From Scyliorhinus canicula (Eukaryota): a DNA stretch of 64,000 bases. Positions 1 through 11,372 of this stretch are shown in pieces. The first letter of the stretch is position 1. Each line of letters starts with the position of its first letter. Position numbers and translations under genes: made by a program. The stretch covers positions 20,349,954 to 20,413,953 of the forward strand of contig NC_052172.1 of assembly GCF_902713615.1 (NCBI RefSeq), in the 5' to 3' direction. The notes under the pieces were generated by a model. It saw only the letters and a list, made by a program, of their open reading frames with translations. It was not told where the DNA came from and ran no database searches.

Positions 1-258
1 TCGATTCCCGGCTTGGGTCACTCTCTGTGCGGAGTCTGCACGTTCTCCCCGTGCCTGCTTGGGTTTTCTCCGGGTGCTCCGGTTTCCTCCCACAATTCCC
101 AAAAGACGTGCTGTTAGGTAATTTGGACATTCTGAATTCTCCGTCTGTGTACCCGAACAGGCGCCGGAATGTGGCGACTAGGGGATTTTCACAGTAACTT
201 CATTGCAGTGTTAATGTAAGCCTACTTGTGACAATAATAAAGATTATATTATTATTAT
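1..258 (+). mobile_element. HE1/V-SINE with alternative 'type C' tail (truncated by the window edge)
   Basis: B-box, V-domain (GTTCTCCCCGTG...CCGGGTGCTCCGGTTTCCTCCCAC), tail GAACAGGCGCCGGAATGTGGCGACTAGGGG...GTGACAATAA(TTA)n. Confidence 0.85.
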
Positions 259-479
259 CCAAGGACAAGAGGATGTGGAGTTGACCTGACAAAGGGTCCT
301 CTCCCACCAGTTGTCCATAAGGTCCAGACCAAGCTCCACTCCCCAATCCTTTCTTACCTCATAGAGAGGATATCATGAGATCATCCAACCTTGAAATATA
401 ACCACTGCTGGTTTGAGGCAATGACTAAACCCCTTCCAACAATGTGCTTGAGGAAAGAACGGATACTGCGAGGAAATAT

Positions 480-701
480 TTAGAAAACAATTTGAACACC
501 CAATTCTTTTTTCCAATTAAGGGGCACTTTAGCATGGCCAATGCATATCCTGCACATCTTTGGGTTTGTGGGGGTGAAACCCACGCAGACACGGGGAGAA
601 TGTGCAAACTCCACACGGACAGTGACCAGGGACCGGGATTCGAACCTGGGTCCTCAGCGCCCTGAGGCAGCAGTGCTAACCACTGCGCCGCCATGCTGCC
701 C
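480..701 (-). mobile_element. Short HE1-derived SINE ('type B', A-rich tail)
   Basis: Reverse complement of the GGGCAGCAYGGTGGCGCAGTGG head plus shortened V-domain. Confidence 0.85.
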
Positions 702-944
702 CTATGCAAGCAAATAAAACCACGGGCTTGAATAGCAGGAAACATTAGATTCTGCTAAATTAAATTTTTCTGCAAGTTTGCTAAAGCTGGCAAAAGTTCC
801 CGTCCACAAACAGGTCAGGAAAACGTTTGAGTGCCTTTTTCCTCCACTAGTCAAGGTCGAGACAAGCATAGGGGGCAGGAATAAGGTGTTATTACAAATA
901 ACACCCAATAGCTAAGGAATTTCTAAAGCAATAATAATAGTATA

Positions 945-1238
945 ATAATCTTAATTCTCACAAGGACGCTTACATTAACACTGCAATGAAGTTACTGTGA
1001 AAATCCCCTAATCGCCACACTCCGGCGCCTGTTCGGGTACACAGAGGGAGAATTCAGAATGTCCATTCACCCTAACAAGCACGTCTTTCAGGACTTGTGG
1101 GAGGAAACCGGAGCACCCGGAGGAAACCCACGCAGGCATGGGGGGAACATGCAGACTCCGCACATATAGTGACCCAAGCCGGGAATCGAACCTGGGACCC
1201 TGGAACTGTGAAGCAACAGTGCTACCCACTGTGCCGCC
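945..1238 (-). mobile_element. HE1/V-SINE, type C tail
   Basis: Reverse complement of the 1-258 family. Confidence 0.85.
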
Positions 1239-1372
1239 CAAACATAAATCGCTCTGGAATATGACGTGTATTTGGAGGGGGGGCACACATTAAGGCAGGA
1301 AGTGAGGAGGAGCAGAAGGAGTGTGCGCTTCCACAAGGCGCCAGTTTAAACTTGGCGCATGACGCATTTTTA

Positions 1373-1547
1373 GGGGCTGTTTAGCACACTGGGCTAAATC
1401 GCTGGCTTTGAAAGCAGACCAAGGTAGGCCAGCAGCACGGTTCGATTCCCGTAACAGCCTCCCCGAACAGGCGCCGGAATGTGGCGACTAGGGGCTTTTC
1501 ACAGTAGCTTCATTGAAGCCTACTCGTGACAATAAGCGATTTTCATG
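1373..1547 (+). mobile_element. Short tRNA-derived SINE ('type D': different head, same tail as type C)
   Basis: GGGGCTGTTTAGCACACTGGGCTAAA head, GGTTCGATTCC B-box; near-identical copies at 15995-16178(-) and 37648-37826(+). Confidence 0.85.
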
Positions 1548-1915
1548 TTAAAATGTTTTGAATATTAGTCGCCCTATAATAGTTCAGTAGATTAGGAAGA
1601 GCAAGCCCACCAACCTGTCTCCCTATCTGAAGTACCATTCTGCTCTAGGAGTTCTCCCTGCCCAGATAAATGCTGATATCAGACGTCTGGAGGTCACGAT
1701 AGAAGGAGGCAAAGGTCAACTATTTTCCCAATGTGCTGCATTGATTGGGAGGATGAGGTGACAGAGAGAAAGTGACTGAGATGTTGATATGAGGGTCATC
1801 GGCGGGAGTTTGGGTGCATTAGGCAGTATTGCAGAGGCGGACATGCTGATGGAGGGAATGTGGGTCTGAGAGTTCAGCGTTGGAAAGGGTTCCAAATTCA
1901 GCTAAAAATAATTAC

Positions 1916-2069
1916 CATAATCCTTGGGCAGTGGTGCGGGGGCAGAGGGGTGAACAATGGCTTTCTTGCGTCTCTCCAGCACTGGGCTTTGGAATTCTGC
2001 CGGCTGATGATCCCGAGGTTCTTGATGCACCTCGTCCGAAGCAACATCTGTCACATTTTCTTTTGTCAT
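1916..2069 (-). CDS. CLIP3: CAP-Gly domain-containing linker protein 3 (CLIPR-59), first coding exon (whole exon 1916-2081); gene continues beyond the left edge
   Basis: Translates MTKENVTDVASDEVHQEPRDHQPAEFQSPVLERRKKAIVHPSAPAPLPKDY+G. This matches the recalled CLIP3 N-terminus (MTK...ERRQKPVVHPSAPAPLPKDY|A). Acceptor tatttttcag at 2082, phase-1 donor GTAATT at 1915. Confidence 0.9.
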
Positions 2070-2342
2070 TTTCAACCGCTTCTGAAAAATAGTCAAAACG
2101 ACACAGGGTGAAATTCATCAACGCTTGGAGCAAAAAGCAAAACTCATCAAAAACTCAATAATCCCAACCCTTTGTGATAAAGCAGCTGATAAATCTTCTT
2201 GGGGGTTTAATCACAAACTCAATGTGCAATGAGGGAATGTCACTGTCAGATCCCTTGATGGCATGGCTGCCATGCAGAAAAAGCCTCCACTCAGGATTCA
2301 CAATGAGGGTCACACTATCTCTACAAAATACCAGAAAGCGGC

Positions 2343-2941
2343 TGGCATGGTGGCACAGTGGTTAGCACTGCTGCCACATTGCGCCAAGGATCGGGTTCGA
2401 TCCCGGCTCCGGGTCACTGTCCGTGTGGAGTTTGCACATTCTCCCCGTGTCTGCGTGGGTTTCACCTCCACAACCCAGAGATGTGCAGGGTAGGTGGATT
2501 GGCCAGGCTAAATTGCCCCTTTTTAAAAAAGATTTAGTTTTTTCCAATTAAAGGGCAACTTAGCGTGGCCAATCCACCTACCCTGCACATCTTTGGGTTG
2601 TGGGGGGGCGAAACCCACGTAGACACGGGGAGAATGTGCAAACTCCACACGGACAATGACCCAGAGTCGGGATCGAACCTGGGACCTCAGCGCCGTGAGG
2701 CAGCAGGGCTAACCCACTGCGCCGCCGTGCTGTCCTTAAAATGTTCTTGATTAACCCTCATGTCCAATAATAACACAGCATGGTAGCATAGTGGTTAGCA
2801 CTGTTGCTTCACAGCTCCAGGGTCCCAGGTTTGATTCCCGGTTTGGGTCACTGTCTGTGCTGAGTCTACACGTTCTTCCAGTGTCTGCGTGGGACCTCGG
2901 CGCCGTGAGACTGCAGTGCTAACCACTGCACCACCGTGCCC
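2343..2941. mobile_element. Cluster of HE1-derived SINEs in alternating orientation
   Basis: 2343-2521(+), 2522-2735(-), 2776-2890(+), 2891-2941(-). Confidence 0.8.
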
Positions 2942-4257
2942 TTGAATTGCTCCTTCATTGGAAACTAAGTTTTTTTTTTAAATGAAAGGCTTTCAATGAA
3001 AAAAATAACATAAAAACTGGTCAATAATTCACATAAATCGATCCGTAACAGACGTTTTTTTTTAATTCCTTTCGGAAAGTGCAAGAGCAGAATTCTCCCA
3101 ACCCCCCCCCCCCCACTGGCAGATTAAATGGCCGGCTGGGGACAATTTAGCAGGAGACACAAAAGTCGGTTTAATGCCAGCCTAAATTTCCCATGGGATC
3201 GTCCGCTGCTGCCTGCCGCAGCAGATCGGGAAACCTGCTGTAGGCCGGTGTGAAACTGATCTGCATCCCATGAACGAGATGGATATGAAAGCCCGGCCAC
3301 CCACTCCTGATTCTCCGTCACGCTAGCGGGAAAACACAGCGGAGTGAAACACGACCAGAACAAGGTCGGCACTCACCTGAGCAATGCCTGAGTTCCCTCC
3401 GGCGATCGGGATGGAGGCTGCCGGCAACCTTGGAGCCTGGAACCCAACAGCAACCTACAGGTGGACCATCCAGATTCAATTTCCTGCAGGAGGTTCAACC
3501 TCCAACCCCAGAATGTTGCTGGAATTCCATTTCTTTGTCAGGAGGTCAATCTTCCAGTCTCAGAGTGCTTGTGGAGATCCATCTTCATTTTCAGGAGATC
3601 AACTTTCTTCTTCCAATCGTGGGCCAGCGATGTCGGGTGCCTATTCAATCTGCCACATGGGTAGGCTGGCGGACTATGCGCCATCACATCAACACGGAAT
3701 ATGGCTCAACATCCGTGGGTGCATAATTAATGAGGGCGGGGGCCAGGAGGTGTCCACAGCGGGAAACACTCCATGTTCCCGCCCCCACCACAGGACCTGG
3801 TTCCCACATGGGGAGGATTCCTCCCCAAGTTCCAATTCCTCGGCTTGTGTGGATGTCCAGTGTGGCCTGTAGGGCGGGGATGGTGCCAGAGACATGGAGG
3901 GTTGGTCATGGCACCAGCCTCAACGCTCGTGGTCTCAACTACATCTTCCTCAAGGTTTCATCACCTGACCTTTCACTGCCAACCGCCCTGCCATTGGTCA
4001 CCAGACCTGTCTCCCCCCCTCCCCCTCCCCCTCCCCGATACCCCATCTTCCCACAACCAATTGAGAAACATTCAGGCACCTCGTTACTTAATTAACGGAT
4101 TCTGAACTTCAGTGAAGCACATCCAGTTTTTTTTTCATAGTTAGTAATAGAAAGTGTTCAAAGAAAATGGTTTAAAAGGGAAATATCTTTTGAATATTCC
4201 AGTGATATAACCCATCGGGTGTGGCAGTTCCTCGGAGACCAATCTTCCATAGAAACG

Positions 4258-4890
4258 ATAGAGAACAGCACAGAAGGAGGCCATCCTGCCCGTCTTGTCC
4301 ATGCCAGCCCGAGGACACCAGGTGTCCTATCTAATCCTACCTTCCTGCACCCAGCTGTTGGAACCAACAATTCTACGGACACGTGCTTGTAGGATTAGAA
4401 TAGCGGTTTTAATATACTCACAACAGAGCCAGCCTATTAGCCATTGAACTTTCGGTGAACTGGCCGGCTGACCATGTGGCACTGATCTTTATACAGCAGC
4501 TCCAGGGGGAGGAGTCCTGGGCGGAACCAAGGGAGAAGCCCAGTACAACTCGAGCATTCCCAGAGCTACTCCCCCTGGTGGTCAGGTAGTGCAACTGCAC
4601 TTACAATATAGACACATGTATATACAGATTATAATCCGGTGTGAATCACATTCGCCACACCAGCCCATAGCGCTGCATTTACAGCACTTAAGGTGCAGAT
4701 CCAGGTACTTTTTAACAGAGTTTAGGGTCTCTGCCTCCACCACCAACTCGGGCAGCGAATTCCAGACTCACACTACCCTCTGCGTAAAAACTTTCTTCCT
4801 CATGTCCCCTCTACACCTTCTGCCACTTATCTCGCATCTATGCCCTGGTTCTCGAATCCTCCACCACGGGAAACAATTTTATCCTGTCTC
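4258..4890 (-). mobile_element. CR1 LINE 3' fragment, interrupted by a solo LTR
   Basis: CR1 3'-end similarity to other copies in the window (e.g. 22223-22722). Confidence 0.7.
4356..4659 (-). mobile_element. Solo LTR (304 bp)
   Basis: TGTTG...CCACA termini; perfect 5-bp TSD CCAGC; TATAAA and ATTAAA on the minus strand. Confidence 0.85.
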
Positions 4891-6129
4891 TGGTGCCATG
4901 GCTGGAGACTCCAGAACAACCTGCAAAAGTGTTACAGCCCCTGCTCACAACCCAGACATCACTTATGGAACTAAATTCAATAAATCTGATAGTCTGTGGA
5001 CTGGCGTTAAAAATGAAATCAAAGGCGACTTGTGAAAACTCAACTGATGTATTAATGTTCTGTCCTGTTCTGGCCCACATTTGATTCCATCCCATAATTC
5101 TCGGTTGACTCAAAGTCGTGTCAATAGCCACAAGGTACACAGCTTGGGAACAACTAAATGTGACCTTTCCTCCACCAATAACGACTGATGGAAACACTTT
5201 AACACAACAATGATATCAAATCTCAACTAAAATCGAGGGGAGTGTGGGGATTTTTACATGTTCGGGTTGGTCAGGGAAGAGGTTAATTCATTCGTTGTGA
5301 TTCACTGTACAGGAGTGGGCACTGACACAGGAGCCTAAACCTTTAATATCAAGCCCTCTTGCCAGGTTACGCGCTCCAATCCAATCCGATGATTTTGCAG
5401 ACAGATTAATGGCTGTGTGGCTCGTTTAGTACATAAAGCGTTCAACCATAAAGATAATTTAAAAGCTCAGCACATTTCTCACCCAATCTGCAAATTGTCT
5501 GCTTCATAATTAGGGGTTAGAATAACTCTCAGTTTGAGGGGGTGGGGGAGGGGATGGAGCAGCTGACTGATAAAGATTTGTGTTTTTACAGCGTGGCTCA
5601 CAACCTCAGCCTCTTCCGAAGATTCTGCTTCTTTCTATCGCTCCACCATTGGCGGAATTCCTTCCATAAACCTCTCCACCCCACCCCCCCTTAAACAAAT
5701 CCTTAAAACCTACCCCACTGTCTGAACATTCGCCCTCTTGCTCTGATCCTAAACCTGAAAAAGGTTACCCCGAAAGGGGCGCAGAGACGGCGCCAAAGAA
5801 ACTCGGGGCCGAAGAAACAATGGTAACTCATAAAGGCAGATCTAATAGTCTTCTGTAGAGGTTTGCCCTGACTACCTTCCACTCTCACTTCCTCCCCCTC
5901 CTGTAGGACACAGCTTTCCTCCGGAACACAGCGGCCTCGCAGCCACAGGCTGAAAATCCGGGGTCTTCGGAGAAGAGGTGCTCTTTCTGAGATTTTGTGG
6001 TCACATTGCCTGCAATACATCCGTCACTAAAGTGAGACATTGGCTGTACAGCAGTTTGGGATGACCAAATGTGGTAGGATTTCACTTTAGAATGTTCTCT
6101 CTATACTAAAGATGTGACACAAAAAATCC

Positions 6130-6474
6130 TTTCTTTTATTCGTTCATGGGAAGTGGGCGTCGCTGGCTGGAGCATTTATTGCCCATCCCTAATTGCCCTG
6201 GAGGGGTCAGTTAAGGGTCAACCACATTTCCGTGGGTCTGGAGTCACATGGAGGTAAGGACGCCAGATTTCCTTCCCTAAAAGTCATTAGTGAACCAGAT
6301 GGGTTTTTACGACAATCGACAACGGTTTCACGGTCCCCATTACACTCTTAATTCCAGATTTTCATTGAATTTAAATTTCACAGTGGTAGGATTTGAACCC
6401 AGGTCCCCAGAGCATTACTCTGGGTCTCTGGGGTTACTAGCCCAGGGACAATACCACTACACCATCACCCCTCC
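6130..6474 (-). mobile_element. tRNA-derived SINE ('type E') whose 3' tail matches the LINE at 49.8-50.9 kb
   Basis: B-box GGGTTCAAATCC on the minus strand; tail GCATTTATTGCCCATCCCTAATTG; other copies near 44990-45300, 46700-47230, 56270-56630. Confidence 0.75.
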
Positions 6475-6629
6475 ATACATAGCCAGGATTATTATGGTGA
6501 TGTGGTTTCCTCCCCTGCCATCCAAGGTGTCAGCAGAGAACACATCCCTGCCAAAACCGCCTGCCCCACAGTCACTTAATGCCCCAACGAGGGACCTACG
6601 CTCCTCCACTTCAATTGTCTTACTTCATG

Positions 6630-7140
6630 CAGCTCCAGAAGCTGCAGTGGAGGGGACAAGGACTGCCGTAGAACCCTGCTCGGCTGTCCGACCTATCAGA
6701 ATTCCTCCAAATGGGGTCGGAAGAGGGCTTCCTCAAAACATGGGGGCCATTCATTAGGTAGCCAGAGCTAAAGAGAAAGTAGCCAAGACACAAAAAAAGG
6801 GGGGGGGGGGGAAAACAAGAAAGCGAAAGCGAACCCTGCGGGAGAGCCGGGGGCAGCAGGGAGGGTGGGGGGCGGGGACATTGGTGGGAGTCAGGAGGGG
6901 GGAAAAGAGAGGGGAACACAGGCGGGAAAGGAGACGCAGGGACCGTGACGGCCACGGCAAACGTGGAGGAAAGAAAATAAAAAGAACGAAAAGAAGAAAC
7001 GATCTAAACCCAAGTAAATAGCAAAAACTGACCGGAATGTAAATAACATTAGGGGCATCTCCCTTGCAAAATTCCTGCCGTTTTGTGCGTATTTATATTG
7101 TTATGTAAGACAAAAAAACAATAAAAACAATCATTTTTTA
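6630..7140 (+). mobile_element. L1-clade LINE 3' fragment
   Basis: Decayed ORF2 end (LSDLSEFLQM..GSEEGFLKTWGPFI), G-rich 3' UTR, AATAAA plus A-rich tail. Confidence 0.6.
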
Positions 7141-8159
7141 AAAGTTTGTTCGAAACATTGGGTCTCTCAAGAAGAATTTAGAATTTGGACTGTCACAACC
7201 CAGTAAACTGTGAGCATTTGGTATGAAGCGAGTAAGTGAGCTCTTGTTCTGTTCCCTGGAACCCCCAACTCCCCATTTGCTGCTCCCTAATTTTGTCCGG
7301 CTTCCCTTCCCGCTGGGACACAATCCTACTCATTCCCTACCACTTCAGCCAGGTGACCATTACCTTAGCTTGAAATAGGGCAGCACGGTGGCCTAGTGGT
7401 TAGCGCAGCTGCCTCACGGCGCCGAGGTCCCAGGTTCGAATCCCGGCTCTGGGTCACTGTCCGTGTGGAGTTTGCACATTCTCCCCGTGTCTCACCACGT
7501 CTAACCTGCCGCCTCAGCCCCATCTGAATTCTGAATTTGTAACCCAACAATTGGCCAGGATGTTTGGACATGCCTGTGGGATCACAGGGTGGGGAAGGGG
7601 AGTTTACGGAATGTGACATGTCAACTGGAAATGGGAGAGGTTGGATAGGCCACTACGCCTTTGCTCACAACTGGATCAGCCACTGATGTCAACACCTATA
7701 GAGGGACATGCATGTTTCAATGCCTAGTAAACAAAATCCAACACTTCTAGCTTCACCCGGTCATCGATAGGGAGATGGTGCGGTGATGATGTCAGTGGAC
7801 TTGTAATCCAGAAACCCAGACTGGTGTTCTGTGGACACGGGTTCAAATCCCACCACGGCAGCTGGTGGGAATGAAGTTTAATTCATAAAATGTAAACAAG
7901 AGGGTCAAGGGGCAAAGCCACAGGGGAGCAGTCCAATATGGTAAGCTGAAGCCTAAACCAAACTGTAAATAGACACTTGTAAATAGTCCCAGGCTATATA
8001 TAGGGGACTGCAAAATATGTGTGTCAACTAAAGGGGGGGGGGGGGTCACATCCACAGCGGAAGGCAGGACAATTGCCTGTAAATATATGAGCCGAGTTCT
8101 GTTTCTTATTGTCCGTTTGTTTTTTGCGTGTTTCTTTTTGTTTGGTAATATGTAACCTA

Positions 8160-8300
8160 TGAATTCTCCCTGGTGTCTTGGGCAACATTCCTCCCTCCAA
8201 CAGCCCTGCCAGCAACAGATTAATCGGATATCCAAATGTGTGGGATCGCACGGTGCACAAATGGCAGCCGTTCCTGCTCACCCGACAAAATGAACCATTG
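8160..8300 (+). mobile_element. Deu-domain SINE fragment (SacSINE1/AmnSINE-like)
   Basis: TTCTCCCTGGTGTCTTGGGCAACATT...GTGTGGGATC..GTGCACAAATGGCAGCCG; similar remnants at 36340-36510 and 61200-61405. Confidence 0.55.
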
Positions 8301-9126
8301 CTTCTGAGGACTGGGCAATAAAGGCAGATCCATTTCTGGGGAAAGATCATTCACATTCTCCTTCACCCCCCCCCCCTCTCCATTATTACTAATCATTTTA
8401 AAATTAATCAATTAAAGTATTGATCAGCCAGCCAATTAAAGGGAGTGATTTCTGACTCAAGGCCATTTGGACTGGTTATTAAGCAAATGTAAAGCGAGCG
8501 ACATGCTGCTGAAATACCATTAGGAGCGAGTCAATTAGAGAGCTGGGCTCCATCCTGTAATTCATCATCGTTGCTGATGACACAGCAACCAGAAATGAAG
8601 ATGGAATCTCCAAGAAGAAATCTCTGATTCCTCTTAGTGTTTAGGTTCTGTTTTCTCCTTCAGTTGAGGAGCCTGGGAAGAAGGCGGAGATCTGACTGTT
8701 AGATATTGAGTGGGTTGAATTAATGAGAGGGTACCAACTAGGAAGGCGTGATCGGGGAATGTGAGCCTGAATTTAAAACACGCCAAGAATTGGAGATCAG
8801 GAGCCTGTGATTCTGAGATTCCAACAAAGAATTCATTCGAGTATGGGATGATGCAATGACTCTTCAATCTCGCATCGTAGGAGGAACAAAGGCATATTTA
8901 TCATTGAGGACGTGCAACGGAGAGAGGGGGAAGAGAAACAAGAGCGAAAAAGAGAAAGGACGAGAGGTGGACACGACATTCAGCAAAGGGCTGCCCATGA
9001 CTGCATTAGCAAAACAGAAAAGGTTGAGAAATCTGAGAGAGAGGCAGGTCGGAGGTTAGAGGAGGGTCGGTCCCCTGATCTGTTTGGAGCTAGGAACAAT
9101 CAGAACCGGCCAATCAAATCTGTTGG

Positions 9127-9353
9127 GGGCAGCACGGTGGCCTAGTGGTTAGCACAACCGCCTCACGCCGCTGAGGTCCCAGGTTCGATCCCGGCTCTGG
9201 GTCACTGTCCGTGTGGAGTTTGCACATTCTCCCCGTGTCTGCGTGGGTTTCGCCCCCACAACCAGAAAAATGTGCAGAGTAGGTGGATTGGCCACACTAA
9301 ATTGCCCCTTAATAGAAAAAATAATTGGGTAATCTAAATTAAAAAAAAAAAAA
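9127..9353 (+). mobile_element. HE1-derived type B SINE with poly(A) tail and TSD AAATCTGTTGG
   Basis: Full head, A-tail, flanking direct repeat. Confidence 0.9.
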
Positions 9354-9848
9354 ATCTGTTGGACGGGGACGAGTTATTTTAGTGCGGTTGAGAAGCAAAA
9401 CTCAATACCGGAAAGAGCTCTGTGCGTCGAGTTTATGAGGGGAGGTGGGTAGGATTTTGAGTCTTTTCCAAGATTTAAATCGTCAACAAATACACCCAAA
9501 AAAAAGGCTGTGCGTGGAAAGAAGGGGACATCCCGCTAAATCCTTTCTTTCAACCTTCCAAAAGGTGTTTAGCATTCGTAACATAGAATATTTACAGCAG
9601 GGAAAGGGGCCATTCGGCCCAGCACATCAGTGTTGACCACAAAGCAACTCTCCAGCACAATCCAGCTCTTGGTCTACGGTACTGCACTTCCAGGACATAT
9701 CCAGGTGTATTGTCTCAGGTGATGAAAGTCCCTTCCTCTACCATCCCTTCAGGCAGCGAGTTCCAACTCCTCACCATCCACTGGATGAAAATATTTCTTC
9801 CAAACTCTCATCTTGTCTTTCTCTCACTTATTTAAAATCTATGCCCCT

Positions 9849-10080
9849 GGGCAGCACGGTGGCGCAGTGGTAGCACTGCAGTCTCACGGCGCCGAGGTCC
9901 CAGGTTCGATCCCGGCTCTGGGTCACTGTCCGTGTGGAGTTTGCACATTCTCCCCGTGTTTGCGTGGGTTTCGCCCCCACAATCCAAAGATGTGCAAGGT
10001 AGGTGGATTGAACACGCTAAATTGCCCCCTTAATTGGAAAAAATTAATTGGGTACTCTAAAATTTAAAAAAAAAAAAAAA
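9849..10080 (+). mobile_element. HE1-derived type B SINE with poly(A) tail and TSD AAAATCTATGCCCC, inserted in a CR1 fragment (about 9580-10185, minus strand)
   Basis: Flanking direct repeat; poly(A). Confidence 0.9.
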
Positions 10081-10185
10081 TCTATGCCCCATGGTTATTG
10101 ACCTCTCCACAAAGGGGCACAGGTGCTTCCTATCCACTCTATCTAGGCACCTCATAATTTTGTGCACCTCAATTAAATCACCCCT

Positions 10186-11372
10186 ACTGCACCTATACTT
10201 CCTCAGGAAACTAAGGAAATCCGGCATGTCCACACTGACTCTTACCAACTTTTACAGATGCACCATAGAAAGCATCCTATCTGGCTGCATCACAGCCTGG
10301 TATGGCAACTGCTCGGCCCAAGCCTGTATGAAACTATAGGGAGTCGTGAACACAGCCCAGTCCATCATATGAACCCACTTCCCATCCATTGACTCTGTCT
10401 ACACGTCCCATTGTCTGGGGAAAGTGGGCAGCATAATCAAAGACCTCTCCCACCCACGTTATTCTCTCTTCCAACTTTTTCCATCGGGCAGGAGATACAG
10501 AAGTCTGAGAATACACACGAACAGACTCAAAAACAGCTTCTTCCCCACTGTCACCAGATTCCTGAATGACCCTTGTCATGAGAATGTCACTTTCAGAAAT
10601 GTTTGGCTGCTCATGTTACCGCAGTGATGTCAGAGTGTGGGTGGAGCTGAGCTCTGGCTCTGCTTTTCAGTTTCACTTTGAGAAAAGCTTGAGTGTGTCT
10701 GTGTTTTTTTGGTTTCATTTCAGTGTTGGAGCTGAAGCCAGACAAAGCAGGTGTACTGTTGTTCTTTCTGCCATGAAAAGACTATCTCTTGATCATTTGG
10801 TGAATTCAGAATTATAAATGTTCTCAGTAGTGAATGTAAACCTGATGTGCTTCTGTTAAAAGGCGTTTCTTTTGTCTTCTGGATGTTGTTTGGGAATTTA
10901 TTAAGGATCAATTCGTGTTGAATTCTTTGGGGGTTGTGTTTGAATTAATGGTTGCTAAGATGTTCACTGTATGTTTTAAAAAGGTTAACTTGAGCTCATA
11001 GAATAAACATTGTTTTGCTTTAAAAAAATACTTTTCCATTTCTGCTGTACCACACCTATAGAGTGGGCCGTGTGCTCTCCATACCACAATCTATTAAAAG
11101 TTGTGGGTCAGATGAACTCCATGATACGCTTTGGGGTTCTCTAAACCCTGAATCATAACACCCTCTCATGGACAGAACTGATCTGTTCACACATCTTCTC
11201 TACTGAGTAGTACTACACTCCTGTATGCTTCACCCGATATCTGTGTCTATGTATTTACATTGTGTATTTACCGTACTTCCTATCTTTTTTTCATGTATGG
11301 AATGATCTGTCTGGACTGTATGCAGAACAATACTTTTCAGTGTGTCTTGTTACATGTGTCAATAAAACAAAT
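10186..11372 (+). mobile_element. Rex1/Babar-type LINE 3' fragment, split by a solo LTR
   Basis: LYFLRKLRKSGMSTLTLTNFYRCTIESILSGCITAWYGNCS and GRRYRSLRIHTNRLKNSFFP, typical Rex1 ORF end. Confidence 0.85.
10574..11160 (+). mobile_element. Solo LTR (587 bp, probably Gypsy-type)
   Basis: TGTCATG...CATAACA inverted termini; 4-bp TSD CCCT; internal AATAAA. Confidence 0.88.

Noticed and set aside
3085-4100. Overlapping ORFs of 98-162 aa
   Set aside because: No recognisable domain; looks like decayed repeat-derived sequence that I could not classify.
9127-9210. tRNA-like sequences with A and B boxes (many copies)
   Set aside because: They are SINE heads fused to V-domain or tail sequence, not standalone tRNA genes.
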